Shown here: positions 20,300 to 30,390 of the stretch, one piece after another | Position numbering within the stretch: the first letter of the stretch is position 1 | How the letters are laid out: each line of letters starts with the position of its first letter | Assembly (NCBI GenBank): GCA_051884915.1 | Contig: JBJEWF010000004.1 | Span: 243-64,242, forward strand | Reading direction: 5' to 3' | Length of the DNA: 64,000 nt | Origin: Kiritimatiellia bacterium | GTDB lineage: Bacteria; Verrucomicrobiota; Kiritimatiellia; RFP12; UBA1067 | Notes under the pieces: generated by a model | Seen by the model: the letters and a program-made list of their open reading frames with translations, nothing else | Database searches by the model: none | Told to the model about the DNA's origin: nothing | Program-made: the position numbers and the translations under genes

Positions 20300-21457
20300 C
20301 TAGATCTTCCGCCAGACGTTCCCGCCCTTCGACGACGCCACGACGGCCTCGACGAATCGCATGCCGCGCACGCCCGCGCCGACGTCCGGGAAGTCCAGCT
20401 CCAGTTCGGTGGGCTTGCGCTTTTCCGCGCGGGCGCGGATCGTGTCGCAGAAGTTCAGGTAGTTGTTGGCGAACGCTTCCAGAAAGGCCTCGGGATGGCC
20501 GGCCGGCGTCCGGCTGCAGCGCGCCGCCCGGGGCGAGATCTCCGCCACGTACGGATTGCCGCGCTTCCACTTCTCCTCGGGCGCGCCCGGATTGAAGACG
20601 GTCAGGAAATGCGGATCCTCCTGGCGCCAGGCCAGGGCCTTCTTTTCGCCATAGACGCGGATGCGCAGGCCGTTCTCTTCGCCCGTCGAGATCTGGGACG
20701 CGATCAGAACGCCCTTGGCGCCCTTCTCCATGCGGAGCAGCACGTCGCCGTCGTCGTCCAGGCGGCCGCCCGTGAAATTCGTCAGATCGCTCAGCACTTC
20801 CTTTATCCTGAGCCCCGTGACATACTCCGCCAGGTTGGCCGCGTGCGTGCCGATATCCGCCATGCAGCCCGAAATGCCGCTCGTCTTCGGATTCATGCGC
20901 CAGACCAGACGCTCGACCGTCGTCTTTTTCGGATCGATCCGGCGCATCCATCCCTGCGGATACTGGACGACGACTTTCGCGATCCGCCCCAGATCGCCAC
21001 GCGCGACCATGTCGCGCGCCAGCTTGACCATGGGATAGCCGACATACGTGTGCATCACGCCGAAGACCCGTTTCGTCTTCCCGACGAGGCGCGCCAGATC
21101 CTCCGCCTCGGCCGCCGTCATCGTCATCGGCTTTTCGCACATGACGTGGAAGCCGGCCTCCAGGCACGCCTTCGCAATCGGGTAGTGCGTGAAATTGGGC
21201 GTGCAGATCGCCACGAAGTCGATCCGCTCGCCAGCCGGACGCGCCCGTTCGCCCGCGATCATGTCCTGACAGGTGTCGTAGACGCGCGCCGGGTCGAGGC
21301 CGAGCAGACGGCCCTGTTCCCGGCCCCGTTCGGGCAGGGCGTCAAACGCGCCGGCGACGAGATCGACGCCGCCGTCGATGCGGACGGCCAGCCGATGCAC
21401 GTTCCCGATGAACGCGCCGATGCCGCCGCCGACCATGCCCATTTTGAGTTTCTTCAT
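20300..21457 (-). CDS. Gfo/Idh/MocA-family NAD(P)-dependent oxidoreductase
   Basis: Rossmann N-terminus MKKLKMGMVGGGIGAFIG followed by a conserved MocA-family core. ATG at 21457. Confidence 0.85.
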   Translation of the reverse strand: MKKLKMGMVGGGIGAFIGNVHRLAVRIDGGVDLVAGAFDALPERGREQGRLLGLDPARVYDTCQDMIAGERARPAGERIDFVAICTPNFTHYPIAKACLEAGFHVMCEKPMTMTAAEAEDLARLVGKTKRVFGVMHTYVGYPMVKLARDMVARGDLGRIAKVVVQYPQGWMRRIDPKKTTVERLVWRMNPKTSGISGCMADIGTHAANLAEYVTGLRIKEVLSDLTNFTGGRLDDDGDVLLRMEKGAKGVLIASQISTGEENGLRIRVYGEKKALAWRQEDPHFLTVFNPGAPEEKWKRGNPYVAEISPRAARCSRTPAGHPEAFLEAFANNYLNFCDTIRARAEKRKPTELELDFPDVGAGVRGMRFVEAVVASSKGGNVWRKI

Positions 21458-21470
21458 TTTCGTTCTCCTC

Positions 21471-22841
21471 CTACAGTTGAATGACACGTTCCCTGACCAG
21501 TTCCTTCGGTTCGCCAATCTCCACCCGCGGCGCATGGGCGAGCAGGTAGTCCTCGGCCGCTTTGCACCACAGGCCCTTGTTCGCCGCGCACAGCCGGTCG
21601 AGTTCCGCATAGAACGGGTCGGTTTCGCCCAGCCGGGCGAAATCGGAGATGGCCGTCATCGGCATGTTCACGTGCGTATAGACCAGCCGCTTCCCGCCGG
21701 GAACCTTCAGGAGATCGGCGGTCGCCGCCGCCGCGCTGTCCAAACCGCCCACGTGCGTGATCATCACTTCCGGATGCAGCCGGCCCTCGCCGATCCACGC
21801 CACCGAGTCCGCCATGTCCTTCACGTCGCCGCCCGAATTCGCGACCACGTGGTGCATCATGTAGTGGACGTTGTAGAAATTGAATTCCGCCATCAGACGC
21901 CGGTCGGTTGGCCCGGCGAAGAAATTCAGGCAGCCGCCAAAGCCCAGCAGGTCCGAGCACTGGGTGATCAGCGCCGGAACGGCCGCGAACAGGAAGATGT
22001 CGTCGTAGCCGCCGCCCGTCGAGGTCGGATTGTCGGACCGGGCGTCATCCCGGAGGTTGAACGCCTTCAGCTCCCCGACGGGATCGGCCATGCCTTTCGT
22101 GTTGACGAAGTGGACCTCGACACCGTTCACCCGGCCGTCCGCCCGGCCCGCGGAACAGGAAAGCCCGAACATCTTCGCCGCCCGCGCCAGGCGCGCATCG
22201 TCGATGTCCGTCACGACGAGGCGGCGCGGCCGCTTCTCCGGCGAATGGCAGGCGACGTCCACGCACCCGAGTCCCATGGCCCCGCACCCCGCCAGCAGAA
22301 GCATGGTGCCGTCCCTGACGATTCCGCCTTCGAGATCGTGCGAGCAGAAGGCGTTGTGGTAGTTGGTGCGGAAGGCCGAAACGATGCAGGAGATCGGCTC
22401 GGCCAGGGAGCATTTGAAGAACGCGTCGCCGTCATACGGCAGCAGACAGCCCATTTCCATGACGATCGACGGGAGGTAGACGTGCGTCGTGTCGCCGCCA
22501 ATCGTGTGCCATGCGTAGCCAACCGTCTCCAGCTCGTGCCCGGGGATGTTCAACGACGGCTGCAGCCCGACGGACTGGCCGACCCTGAAACGGCCCCGCC
22601 ATTTCGTCCCCACCTCGCGGACGATGCCCGCGATCTCGTGGCCAAACATCGTCGGGCGCGTCGCGATGTCCGGCGGGACGCGCTTGTGCCCCGTCCCCAG
22701 CGACAGCGCCTTGTAGTCGCTCAGGCAGATGGTGTTGGAGACGAGTTCGACGACGATGCCGTCCGCCCCCGCGCCTTCAAGTTCGATGTCCTCAAGCCGC
22801 GCGTCTCCCGCGCCATACAAACGCCATGCTTTCGCCTTCAC
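21471..22841 (-). CDS. Zinc-dependent alcohol dehydrogenase (MDR family; sorbose-1-phosphate reductase / polyol dehydrogenase-like)
   Basis: GHE zinc-ligand motif (FGHEIAGIV), a structural-zinc Cys cluster, and a GxGxxG Rossmann motif (LAGCGAMGLG). Confidence 0.8.
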   Translation of the reverse strand: MKAKAWRLYGAGDARLEDIELEGAGADGIVVELVSNTICLSDYKALSLGTGHKRVPPDIATRPTMFGHEIAGIVREVGTKWRGRFRVGQSVGLQPSLNIPGHELETVGYAWHTIGGDTTHVYLPSIVMEMGCLLPYDGDAFFKCSLAEPISCIVSAFRTNYHNAFCSHDLEGGIVRDGTMLLLAGCGAMGLGCVDVACHSPEKRPRRLVVTDIDDARLARAAKMFGLSCSAGRADGRVNGVEVHFVNTKGMADPVGELKAFNLRDDARSDNPTSTGGGYDDIFLFAAVPALITQCSDLLGFGGCLNFFAGPTDRRLMAEFNFYNVHYMMHHVVANSGGDVKDMADSVAWIGEGRLHPEVMITHVGGLDSAAAATADLLKVPGGKRLVYTHVNMPMTAISDFARLGETDPFYAELDRLCAANKGLWCKAAEDYLLAHAPRVEIGEPKELVRERVIQL

Positions 22842-22853
22842 GTCCGCCCCTTT

Positions 22854-23757
22854 CTACCGACCGGTCTTCGTTGCCAGAAATGCCACCCGCGCCGGATCCG
22901 GCGGCTCGCCGCCCGGCATGGCGCAAGCCGCGCTGCCGGCGGCAACCGCCCACCGCCCGGCGTCCTCGCCCGCCGCTTCGCCATAGGTCCGCCAGCACCA
23001 TTCCGCCAGCAGCGTGTCGCCGGCCGCCGTTGTGTCCAGCACGTCCACGGGCGGCGCGGCGACGAACCGCCCGTTGAACCAGCACCCGGCGCCGCCATCC
23101 GAGATGACGGCCGTCCCCACGCGCGGCTTCAGAATCTCCGTCGCCCGGCGGAAATCGTCGGCCGTCTTCGGCGCAAACCCCACCAGCTGCCGGCATTCGT
23201 CCGCATTGGGCTTGACGACGTCCGGATGCGCCTCGACGCCCTTCCGCAGCGGCGGCCCGCTCGCGTCAAGCGCGACCGTGGCCCCCCGCGCGCGCGCATA
23301 CGCGACACAGGCGGCGTAGTAGCCGGCGTCGCAGCAGGCGGGAAGGCTGCCGGAGAGGATGCAGACCGTCTGCGCGTCGACTTCGGCCAGCATGTCCGCC
23401 GGCGCGGGGACGGCGCGCAGGGAGGCAAACGCCGACCGGTTGAGTTTCACGCTGCCGTTCGGCCACACGATCATCTCGTTGCGCCGCGTCGTTCCGGGCA
23501 CCCGCCGGAACAGGTCCCGGATGCGGAACTTCGCCATCTCCCGCTCGAAGGGACGCGCGTTGTCCTCGCCCAGCAGGCCGGCGCAGGCGACTTCGGCGCC
23601 GCGAAGCGCCAGCCAGCGGGCGACGTTCAGGCCCTTGCCGCCCGCGGTTTCCGTCTCCCGGACGTCCTTGAAGATCTCGCCCGCGCCGGATGGCGCGGAC
23701 GGAAGCTCCACCGTCGCGTCGAGCGCGGGGCTCATGCACAGGCAGAGGAACTTCACG
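22854..23757 (-). CDS. pfkB-family carbohydrate kinase (1-phosphofructokinase / tagatose-6-phosphate kinase-like)
   Basis: N-terminal LCLCMSPALDATVE (LNPALD-like) and C-terminal TTAAGD motifs of FruK/LacC-type kinases. GTG start at 23757. Confidence 0.75.
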
Positions 23758-25117
23758 CCAACGCCCCCAGGATCTTCTCGCCCCAGCGCGCCGCCGCCCG
23801 GAACTGGTCGAGTCCGTAGGATTCGTTGGGCGCGTGGATGCGATCCCGGGCCTGGCCCCATCCCACCAGCAACGGCGCGGCGCCGCTGCAGTCCTTCAGC
23901 GTCGAGACGACGGGGATGGACGCGCCGTCCCACTGGAAGACCGGACCGCGCGGATCCATCTCCGCGAGCACCGTCGCGGCCAGCCGGAAGACCGGCGACG
24001 CGAGCGGCAGCCGGAATCCGGCCGCCTCGCCCGTCAGATCTTCGATGAACAGCCGCATGCCGCGCGGCGTATGCAGCCGCAGATGCCGTTCCACGCAGGC
24101 CATCGCGTCGCCAGGCTCCTGCCCCGGCACCAGCCGCATCGAGAGCTTGGCCAGGGCGGAGGCGGGGATGACCGTTTTGGAACCCGGCCCGCCATAGCCC
24201 GTGTGGATGCCGTTCACCTCGATGGTCGGGCGGAAGGAATTGCGCTCCGTCGGCGTCAGCCCGGCTTCCCCGCCCACCGGCGGACAGCCCATCTCGCGTT
24301 CATAATGCGCCTCGTCCATCGCCGCGGTCTCCGCGGCCGCACGCTCGCCGTCGGTCGGCGGTTCGACGCGATCGCAGAATCCGCGCACGGCAATCGCGCC
24401 GTCGGCGTTGTGCAGACTGGCCAGCAGTTCCGCCATCCCCTGGGCCGGATTCGGCGCGATGCCGCCAAACTCGCCCGAATGCAAATCGTGGCTGGCCGCC
24501 TCCAGGCGGACGGTGAAATGGCTGACCCCGCGCAATCCCGCGACGATTGCCGGACGCAAATCCGCCGCCGCGCACGTATCGCAGACGAGCAGCACGTCGG
24601 CCCGCAGACGCTCCCTGATCGTCGGCGCCAGTTTCGACAGGGCCGTCGAGCCGCTCTCCTCCTGCCCTTCCAGGCAGATCTTGACCGTCGGCACGGCGGC
24701 GCCGTCGGCGATCAGTTTCTTCAGGCCGGTCAGGAAGGCGAACAACTGGCCCTTGTTGTCCTGCGCGCCGCGGCAGTAGACGCGCCCGTCGTCCTTCAGC
24801 GTCGGCTCGAACGGCGGCGTCTGCCACTGGTCCAGGGGATCGGCCGGCTGGACGTCGTAGTGCCCGTAGAACAGAACGGTCGGCGCCCCCTCGGCGCCCC
24901 GCCGTTCGGCCAGCAAGACGGGCGGCGTCCCCACCAGCCCCTCCGCCTGCATCAATTCGCCGCCGAAGCCGAGGGGCGCCAGCCACTTCCTGAGCCACAG
25001 GGCGCAATCCACGCACGCGCGCAGTTTCAGCGGATCGGCGCCGACCGTCTCGAACCGCAGCAGGTCGAAGTAGTCCTTCAGGATGTCCGTCCGGTGTTTT
25101 TCGAAATAGGCCGTCAT
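23753..25117 (-). CDS. M20-family metallopeptidase (dipeptidase/ArgE/DapE-like)
   Basis: HYDVQP...D...E(E)SGS metal-binding signature (FYGHYDVQPAD...GQEESGS), about 454 aa. Confidence 0.8.
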   Translation of the reverse strand: MTAYFEKHRTDILKDYFDLLRFETVGADPLKLRACVDCALWLRKWLAPLGFGGELMQAEGLVGTPPVLLAERRGAEGAPTVLFYGHYDVQPADPLDQWQTPPFEPTLKDDGRVYCRGAQDNKGQLFAFLTGLKKLIADGAAVPTVKICLEGQEESGSTALSKLAPTIRERLRADVLLVCDTCAAADLRPAIVAGLRGVSHFTVRLEAASHDLHSGEFGGIAPNPAQGMAELLASLHNADGAIAVRGFCDRVEPPTDGERAAAETAAMDEAHYEREMGCPPVGGEAGLTPTERNSFRPTIEVNGIHTGYGGPGSKTVIPASALAKLSMRLVPGQEPGDAMACVERHLRLHTPRGMRLFIEDLTGEAAGFRLPLASPVFRLAATVLAEMDPRGPVFQWDGASIPVVSTLKDCSGAAPLLVGWGQARDRIHAPNESYGLDQFRAAARWGEKILGALA

Positions 25118-25126
25118 GGCGGGCCC

Positions 25127-26455
25127 TCACTTCCATTCGGGGTTGCGTTCGTAGTCCGGCACGTAGGTCGCGAGAAGCGAACAGATGTGGGCGACCTTCT
25201 CGTCGCGCTCGTCGCGCTCGCCCTTGTCGCGGCGCGCCTGGTCGTAGAGCTTGCGGAAGGCCTTGACGAACTCGTCCCGGGAGACGCGCCCCGCCAGCAG
25301 GCGGCTGTAATAGGCCTCGTTGCGCGTGATCAGCGCCACGATCACGCCCATGCGCGCCCAGTCCGGCGGAAGCGCCATCAGCGACGTGCAGAGCCGCCCC
25401 GCCTCGTCCTCCCGCCCCGCCGCATGGGCCTCCTCGACGAGCTCGGCGTAAACCGAAACGTACTCGGGAACGAGCGACGCCAGCGTCTTGCGGTAGTAGG
25501 CGGCGTCGGCGGGACGCTGTTCCTTCAGCGCCTGGTCGATCAGCGTCTCGAACTTCGCGACGTGCTGCCGGGCGCGCTGGCGGCGCACCGCCGCGGCCTT
25601 GTCGTCCAACATCCGGTTCAGGCTGGAGACCTTGGCCTGGGCGGGCGTCTCGCACCCGGACGTTTCCGGCCACGCGACCGTGACGACGGCATTGGACGCC
25701 GGCGGGGCGTCCGGCGCCGCCGGTTCCGCGCCGGCCGTCCCGTCTTCGTCCTCGTCCACGCGCACCCCCGCCTCCTCCTGCGCCAGCAGTTTCTCGGCGC
25801 GCTGCAATTCAAGCATCTCGGCCCGGCTCGTCTCCGCGCGCTTGTACATGCGCAGCTTCCGGTCGTGTTCCGCGGACGCGTTCGCCTCCGCCGCCTTGCG
25901 GTCGTTTTCGCTCTTGGCCAGGGCCGCGTCGGCAATCGCCTTGGCCGCCAGCGCGCGTTCGCGCTCGGCCTCGGCCTTCTGCCGTTCCTCGCTCGCGCGC
26001 CGCAGGGCAAGGGCCTCGGCTTTCGCCTTGGCGTCCGCCGCGGCCTTTTCGGCCTGGGCCCGGACCGTTGCCGCCTCGGCCTGCGCCTTCGCGGCCTCGG
26101 ACGCGGCCCGCTCCGCCTCGGCCTGCGCCTTCGCCTTCACGGCGGCATCCTGGCGGGCCTTTTCGTTGGCGGCTTCCTGCTTCTTGGCGTCGAGCTGCCG
26201 CTCGGCCCGCTCCTTCTCGGCCTGCGCGGTCTTCATCTTGGCCTCCGCCGCGCGCGCTTCCGCGGTCTTGGCCTTTTCGTTGGCCTCCGCTTCGCGCCGC
26301 GCCTCCTCCTTCTCCTTCAGCCTGGTCTCCCGGGCCTTCTGCTGGAGTTCCTGGCGGCGCGTCTCCTGGACGTTCCGGAAATAGAACGTCCCGCCGCCCG
26401 CCGCGGCCAGGCCGACAAGAGTCGCCACCAGTCCCGCCGTTCCCGAAATCTTCAT
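25127..26455 (-). CDS. Membrane-anchored coiled-coil protein with Ala/Glu/Lys-rich repeats and a C-terminal globular domain
   Basis: N-terminal TM (GLVATLVGLAAAGGG), then about 200 aa of AEAxxKAxAEA heptad-like low complexity. Lies directly downstream of gspK. Confidence 0.6.
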   Translation of the reverse strand: MKISGTAGLVATLVGLAAAGGGTFYFRNVQETRRQELQQKARETRLKEKEEARREAEANEKAKTAEARAAEAKMKTAQAEKERAERQLDAKKQEAANEKARQDAAVKAKAQAEAERAASEAAKAQAEAATVRAQAEKAAADAKAKAEALALRRASEERQKAEAERERALAAKAIADAALAKSENDRKAAEANASAEHDRKLRMYKRAETSRAEMLELQRAEKLLAQEEAGVRVDEDEDGTAGAEPAAPDAPPASNAVVTVAWPETSGCETPAQAKVSSLNRMLDDKAAAVRRQRARQHVAKFETLIDQALKEQRPADAAYYRKTLASLVPEYVSVYAELVEEAHAAGREDEAGRLCTSLMALPPDWARMGVIVALITRNEAYYSRLLAGRVSRDEFVKAFRKLYDQARRDKGERDERDEKVAHICSLLATYVPDYERNPEWK

Positions 26456-26483
26456 CTCCCGCCTCCTCTCTTCAATCGCCTCT

Positions 26484-27710
26484 TCACGGATTCTCGCGCC
26501 ACTCCAGATAGACCGGCGCGGAATCCTTGATCGTCATTTTGGCCTTCACGGTGTGCGTCATGCCCATCGCCGACGCCGTAATCGTAATCCGGTACAGGGC
26601 GCCGTCGCCGGAGCCTCCGGTGAAACTCAGATATTCCTGCGCCGTCTTCCCGATTTCGCCTTCGGTGATCTCGTTCAGCTTGCTCCAGTCCTTGATCAGC
26701 GTGCCGTTCTCCTCGTTCTCGACGTCGACTTCGTTGCCCGCCATGTCCAGCCCGTTCCGCCAGTCGACAATCGCCTGCGCCACCATCTCGTCGACGTCGT
26801 CCTCGGGGTCCTCGTTGTCCTTGCACCGGATGCCCGGAATGCACATGAGCACGTCTTTCGAGGCCAGATTGACGTTGATCTTGTCCCCGCCATACACGTC
26901 CAGGACCGTTTCCAGCCGGTTCGTGATGTAGAGGTTGTCCTCGTCCTTGACCTTGTCCTGCGGATAGTACCATCCGCCCGTCAGGACCGCCGGGTGCAGA
27001 CGGAACGCGCCAATCGACGCGAGTTCCCGCAAATCGGGGATCGGCCCGTTGCGCGGCTTCTGCTTCTCGTTTCCGCCGTTCTCCCCGCCTTCGTCCTCCC
27101 ACAGGTCCTCGTAGTATTCCATCTCCCCCCCGACGTCCTTGTCGTCGCTGTAGGGGCCGACCATGACATCGTCCTCGTCGCGCCAGTCCAGCCAGCTGTT
27201 GACGAAATACTGCCGGTCGTCCTCGGGCACCCCGACCCAGCAGAGAATGTGTTCCCACAACTCGGCATAGTGGGGGTTGCCCTGCGGATGCAGCGAATTG
27301 ATGTTGAATTTCGGTCCGCCGCCCTCGCCGCCGCCGACGGACTCGATCTGGACGGTCACGGTGCCGTCCTCCGGATGGCGTTCGTCGACCGCAATGGGCC
27401 CAATCGTGGCCGCGGCGCCGCTTTGCTTCAACTGCCGCTTCTCCATCAGCCAGCGGTCGTCTTCCAGCAGTTTCTCGACGTCTTCGCCCTCCGAATAGGT
27501 CGACGCCTCCTGGTGCGTGGCAATGACCATCTCGGCCAGGACCCTGCCGGCGTCGACCAGATGGTCCATGTGGACGCGCTCGCGCACGTAGACGTTGGCG
27601 GCGGACTGCAGTTTCGCCTCGACGGCAAAACTCATGACGAGGATGGACAGGACGGCAATCGTCCAGATGACCATGACCAGCGCGGAACCTTGACGGGCAG
27701 ACGTCTTCAT
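26484..27710 (-). CDS. gspK: Type II secretion system minor pseudopilin GspK-like
   Basis: Characteristic N-terminus GSALVMVIWTIAVLSILVMSF and size (~408 aa). Last gene of the pseudopilin run. Confidence 0.7.
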   Translation of the reverse strand: MKTSARQGSALVMVIWTIAVLSILVMSFAVEAKLQSAANVYVRERVHMDHLVDAGRVLAEMVIATHQEASTYSEGEDVEKLLEDDRWLMEKRQLKQSGAAATIGPIAVDERHPEDGTVTVQIESVGGGEGGGPKFNINSLHPQGNPHYAELWEHILCWVGVPEDDRQYFVNSWLDWRDEDDVMVGPYSDDKDVGGEMEYYEDLWEDEGGENGGNEKQKPRNGPIPDLRELASIGAFRLHPAVLTGGWYYPQDKVKDEDNLYITNRLETVLDVYGGDKINVNLASKDVLMCIPGIRCKDNEDPEDDVDEMVAQAIVDWRNGLDMAGNEVDVENEENGTLIKDWSKLNEITEGEIGKTAQEYLSFTGGSGDGALYRITITASAMGMTHTVKAKMTIKDSAPVYLEWRENP

Positions 27711-28665
27711 GGCAGTCCTCCACCTCCCGCGCCCGCGCCGCCGCCCGCGCCCGCGCCGCCGCCGCCCGTACCGGGCATGCCGCCGCCGGGACGGGTTCCC
27801 GCGCCCGTCTGGGCGCCAGACGGCCGCCCGCCGCCCGTGCCCGTACCGCCCTTGCCGCCCGTGCCCGTACCGCCCTTGCCGCCCGTGCTGCCGCCCGTGC
27901 CGCCGCCCGGCGTCTTCTTCTTGCCGTCGTCCTTCGTCGTCGACCCGTCCAGCGCAAACGGATTCTGGGACAGGCCGGAAACGGGAATTTCGACCACGCG
28001 GAGAACCGGCAGCGGGTCATCGCCCTTTTCCGGCGGCTTCATCCGGAAGGTGATCTTCACCCGGTAGGGGATGGAATTGGACGTGTCCCAGGTGTCCTCC
28101 CATTTCGGCTTGCCGTCGCTCTCGACTTCCTTGGCGTCCTTCTGGACCTGGCAGTCGAATCCGACGACATCCTCCACGAGCAGGAATTCCTCGCCGAACT
28201 CGTCCTCGTCGAACCGGTCCGCGTCGTCCTCGACGAAAAGATCCGGATTCCACACGCGCACCCACAAGCCGCCCGGCTCGTCCTTTTCCCGCGACTCCTC
28301 CACCCACATGCGGACGCGATGGGAGGTTTCGCCCATCGTCGACTTGTCGCCGATGATCGCGTTGCCGAGTTTCGTCCACTCGACCATGTCGCTGCCGGAC
28401 ACGTCCGTGCCGTCGCCATTGTCCATCAGCATGAAGCCCCAGCCGTCCTTCTGGTTGCCGTCCGTCGGGTAGTAGGCGCTGCGCAGGCCGGCGACGATCT
28501 GGTTGAGCGCGTAGTCCGCAGTCTGCATGCGCTCCGCCACGATCGTGGCCTTCTTCCAGGAGTTGATGACCGACGTGAAGGTGATTCCCGTGACGATGGT
28601 CATGACGGACAGAATCAGGATCGCCGCCAGCATCTCGATCATGGTGAAGCCGGCCCGTCTCATTT
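27707..28665 (-). CDS. GspJ-like pseudopilin with prepilin N-terminal motif and a C-terminal Gly/Thr-rich low-complexity tail
   Basis: MRRAGFTMIEMLAAILIL prepilin cleavage/methylation motif at ATG 28665. The tail is ...GGGTGGSTGGKGGTGTGGKGGTGTGGG.... The ORF-track upstream extension is rejected. Confidence 0.65.
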
Positions 28666-29130
28666 TGCAGCCGCCCCCTTCCACCAGAGCCTGACGACCG
28701 TCATCTCGTCCTTCTTCCCGCCGAAATTGTCGCCGCCCCATTTCACCGTGGTGCGGACGGTGTAGATGCCGCCGTTGCGCGCCAGTTCCTCGTCGTCGAT
28801 GTCGTCCACCTCGCGCTGCGCGGTATAGCCCCTGAGATCGCGCGCGTCCTGGGGCGTCAGGTCGATTTCCAGCTCCGCCGCCAGATCGCCCGCCCGTTCC
28901 TCGTCGACGTTCAGCAGATCGTTCCGGAGGGGATCGTCCGTCACCTCGCTCGCGGGCGGCATGGGATGGACCATCTCGAAATAGTTGAGCACCCGCTGCG
29001 CGGTCTCGAAACGCGCCGAGGCCAGCATCATCCGCTGGCTCTGCGTGAACAAGGCCAGCACGGAGAGAAGTCCGAGCGTCAGGATCACGGAGGCGATCAG
29101 AATCTCGATGAGCGTGAATCCCTTTTTCAT
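28660..29130 (-). CDS. GspI-like pseudopilin
   Basis: MKKGFTLIEILIASVILTLGLLSVLAL prepilin N-terminus, about 156 aa. Confidence 0.65.
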   Translation of the reverse strand: MKKGFTLIEILIASVILTLGLLSVLALFTQSQRMMLASARFETAQRVLNYFEMVHPMPPASEVTDDPLRNDLLNVDEERAGDLAAELEIDLTPQDARDLRGYTAQREVDDIDDEELARNGGIYTVRTTVKWGGDNFGGKKDEMTVVRLWWKGAAAK

Positions 29131-29132
29131 GG

Positions 29133-29894
29133 TCACTCGTGGGCGACCGGCCGGCCGAACCGCCCGATGCCAATCACCATCGCGTCGTCCTCGCGGGCGC
29201 CCTCTTTCCAGATTTTCACCACATAGGGTTCACACCGGCCATTCGCCTCGTAGACGACGGAGTAGGACGATTCCCGGTCCACTTCCTCCGCCGCGTCGCC
29301 GCCGTCGTCCCCGCTCTCCGCCGCTTGCGCGCGCGCTTTCGCCTGCTGGTCGGCGGCCTGCTTCATCAGCGTGTCCACGTTGCTGAACACGGAGATCCGC
29401 GAACGGACGAGTTCCCGGTTCTCCTTGTCCTCGGCATGGATCCGGATGCCCTCGAATTCGCGCGGCCCGGCCGCCAGGGGATCGGGCGCCTCGCCGCCGC
29501 CCGGCTGCAGGGGCGCCTCGTCCCCGACGTCCACGCCGACGATCTTCCCGGACAGCGTCCGCACCTCGCCGGCGGCGGTCCCGCCCACGCCGAAGCCCGC
29601 GCCGCCGGACGCGCCCGCGTCCGCCGCGGGGGCGTCCGACGAAAAGGTCATCGACACGCGGCTCTTGACGAACGCGCCGTTCTCGACGATCTCCTCAAAC
29701 GTCAGCACGACCGGCCGCTGCTTCAGCAGGGCGACGGCCTTGGCATGACGGGCGTATTGCTGGACGGCGCGGGCGGCATCGGACAGCCGCGCCGCCTTCA
29801 TCCCGGCACCGACGCTGGCCACGGCCGTTCCCACGATGATCGCCATGATCACGAGCGCGATCAGGATCTCAATCAGTGTGAAGCCGCGCTTCAT
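29133..29894 (-). CDS. GspH-like pseudopilin
   Basis: MKRGFTLIEILIALVIMAIIVG prepilin N-terminus, about 253 aa. Confidence 0.65.
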   Translation of the reverse strand: MKRGFTLIEILIALVIMAIIVGTAVASVGAGMKAARLSDAARAVQQYARHAKAVALLKQRPVVLTFEEIVENGAFVKSRVSMTFSSDAPAADAGASGGAGFGVGGTAAGEVRTLSGKIVGVDVGDEAPLQPGGGEAPDPLAAGPREFEGIRIHAEDKENRELVRSRISVFSNVDTLMKQAADQQAKARAQAAESGDDGGDAAEEVDRESSYSVVYEANGRCEPYVVKIWKEGAREDDAMVIGIGRFGRPVAHE

Positions 29895-29898
29895 CCGC

Positions 29899-30330
29899 TC
29901 ACTTCTTGTCGGCGATATTGGTCAGGTCGTCGTCCGTGCCCGGCTCCATGTCCGGCCCGTCCGACGTGATCTTGAAGCGGCCGCCCTTGCCCACGCGCTC
30001 GTAGCGGAGCGGATTGCCCCAGGGATCGTTCAGCGCGTCCTCGCCGCCTTCGATTTCGGGGTCCTCGCCGCCGGTCAGGGCCTCGACCCAGGCTTCCTGG
30101 GAATCCGGCACCTTGCCGCTGTGGTCGAGCGAATAGGTCGTCGTCGCCTGCGCCGCGGTCTGGATCAGCTGCTGCGCGGCTTTGATGCGCGCGCGCTTGA
30201 TGTTCTTCTGGATGTTCGGCACGGCCACGGCGGCCATGATGCCGACGATGGCGATGGCGATGATGATTTCAATGAGCGTGAAGCCGGCTTTCGCGGCCTG
30301 CTCCGCAATCTTGCGTTCCTGTTCCTTCAT
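29899..30330 (-). CDS. gspG: Major pseudopilin GspG-like
   Basis: Leader MKEQERKIAEQAAKAG followed by FTLIEIIIAIAIVGIMAAVAVPN, a typical GspG/type IV pilin N-terminus. 143 aa. Confidence 0.8.
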   Translation of the reverse strand: MKEQERKIAEQAAKAGFTLIEIIIAIAIVGIMAAVAVPNIQKNIKRARIKAAQQLIQTAAQATTTYSLDHSGKVPDSQEAWVEALTGGEDPEIEGGEDALNDPWGNPLRYERVGKGGRFKITSDGPDMEPGTDDDLTNIADKK

Positions 30331-30390
30331 GTTCGTTGCTCCTTGTGTTCGCTTGCCCGTTCGAAAGAAAATCCGCCGTCCGGCGGGCGC

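Noticed and set aside
27707-29173. 488-aa version of the GspJ-like ORF
   Set aside because: The upstream 170 aa are Arg/Gly-rich and overlap the GspI gene in another frame. The prepilin motif MRRAGFTMIEML marks the real start at 28665.
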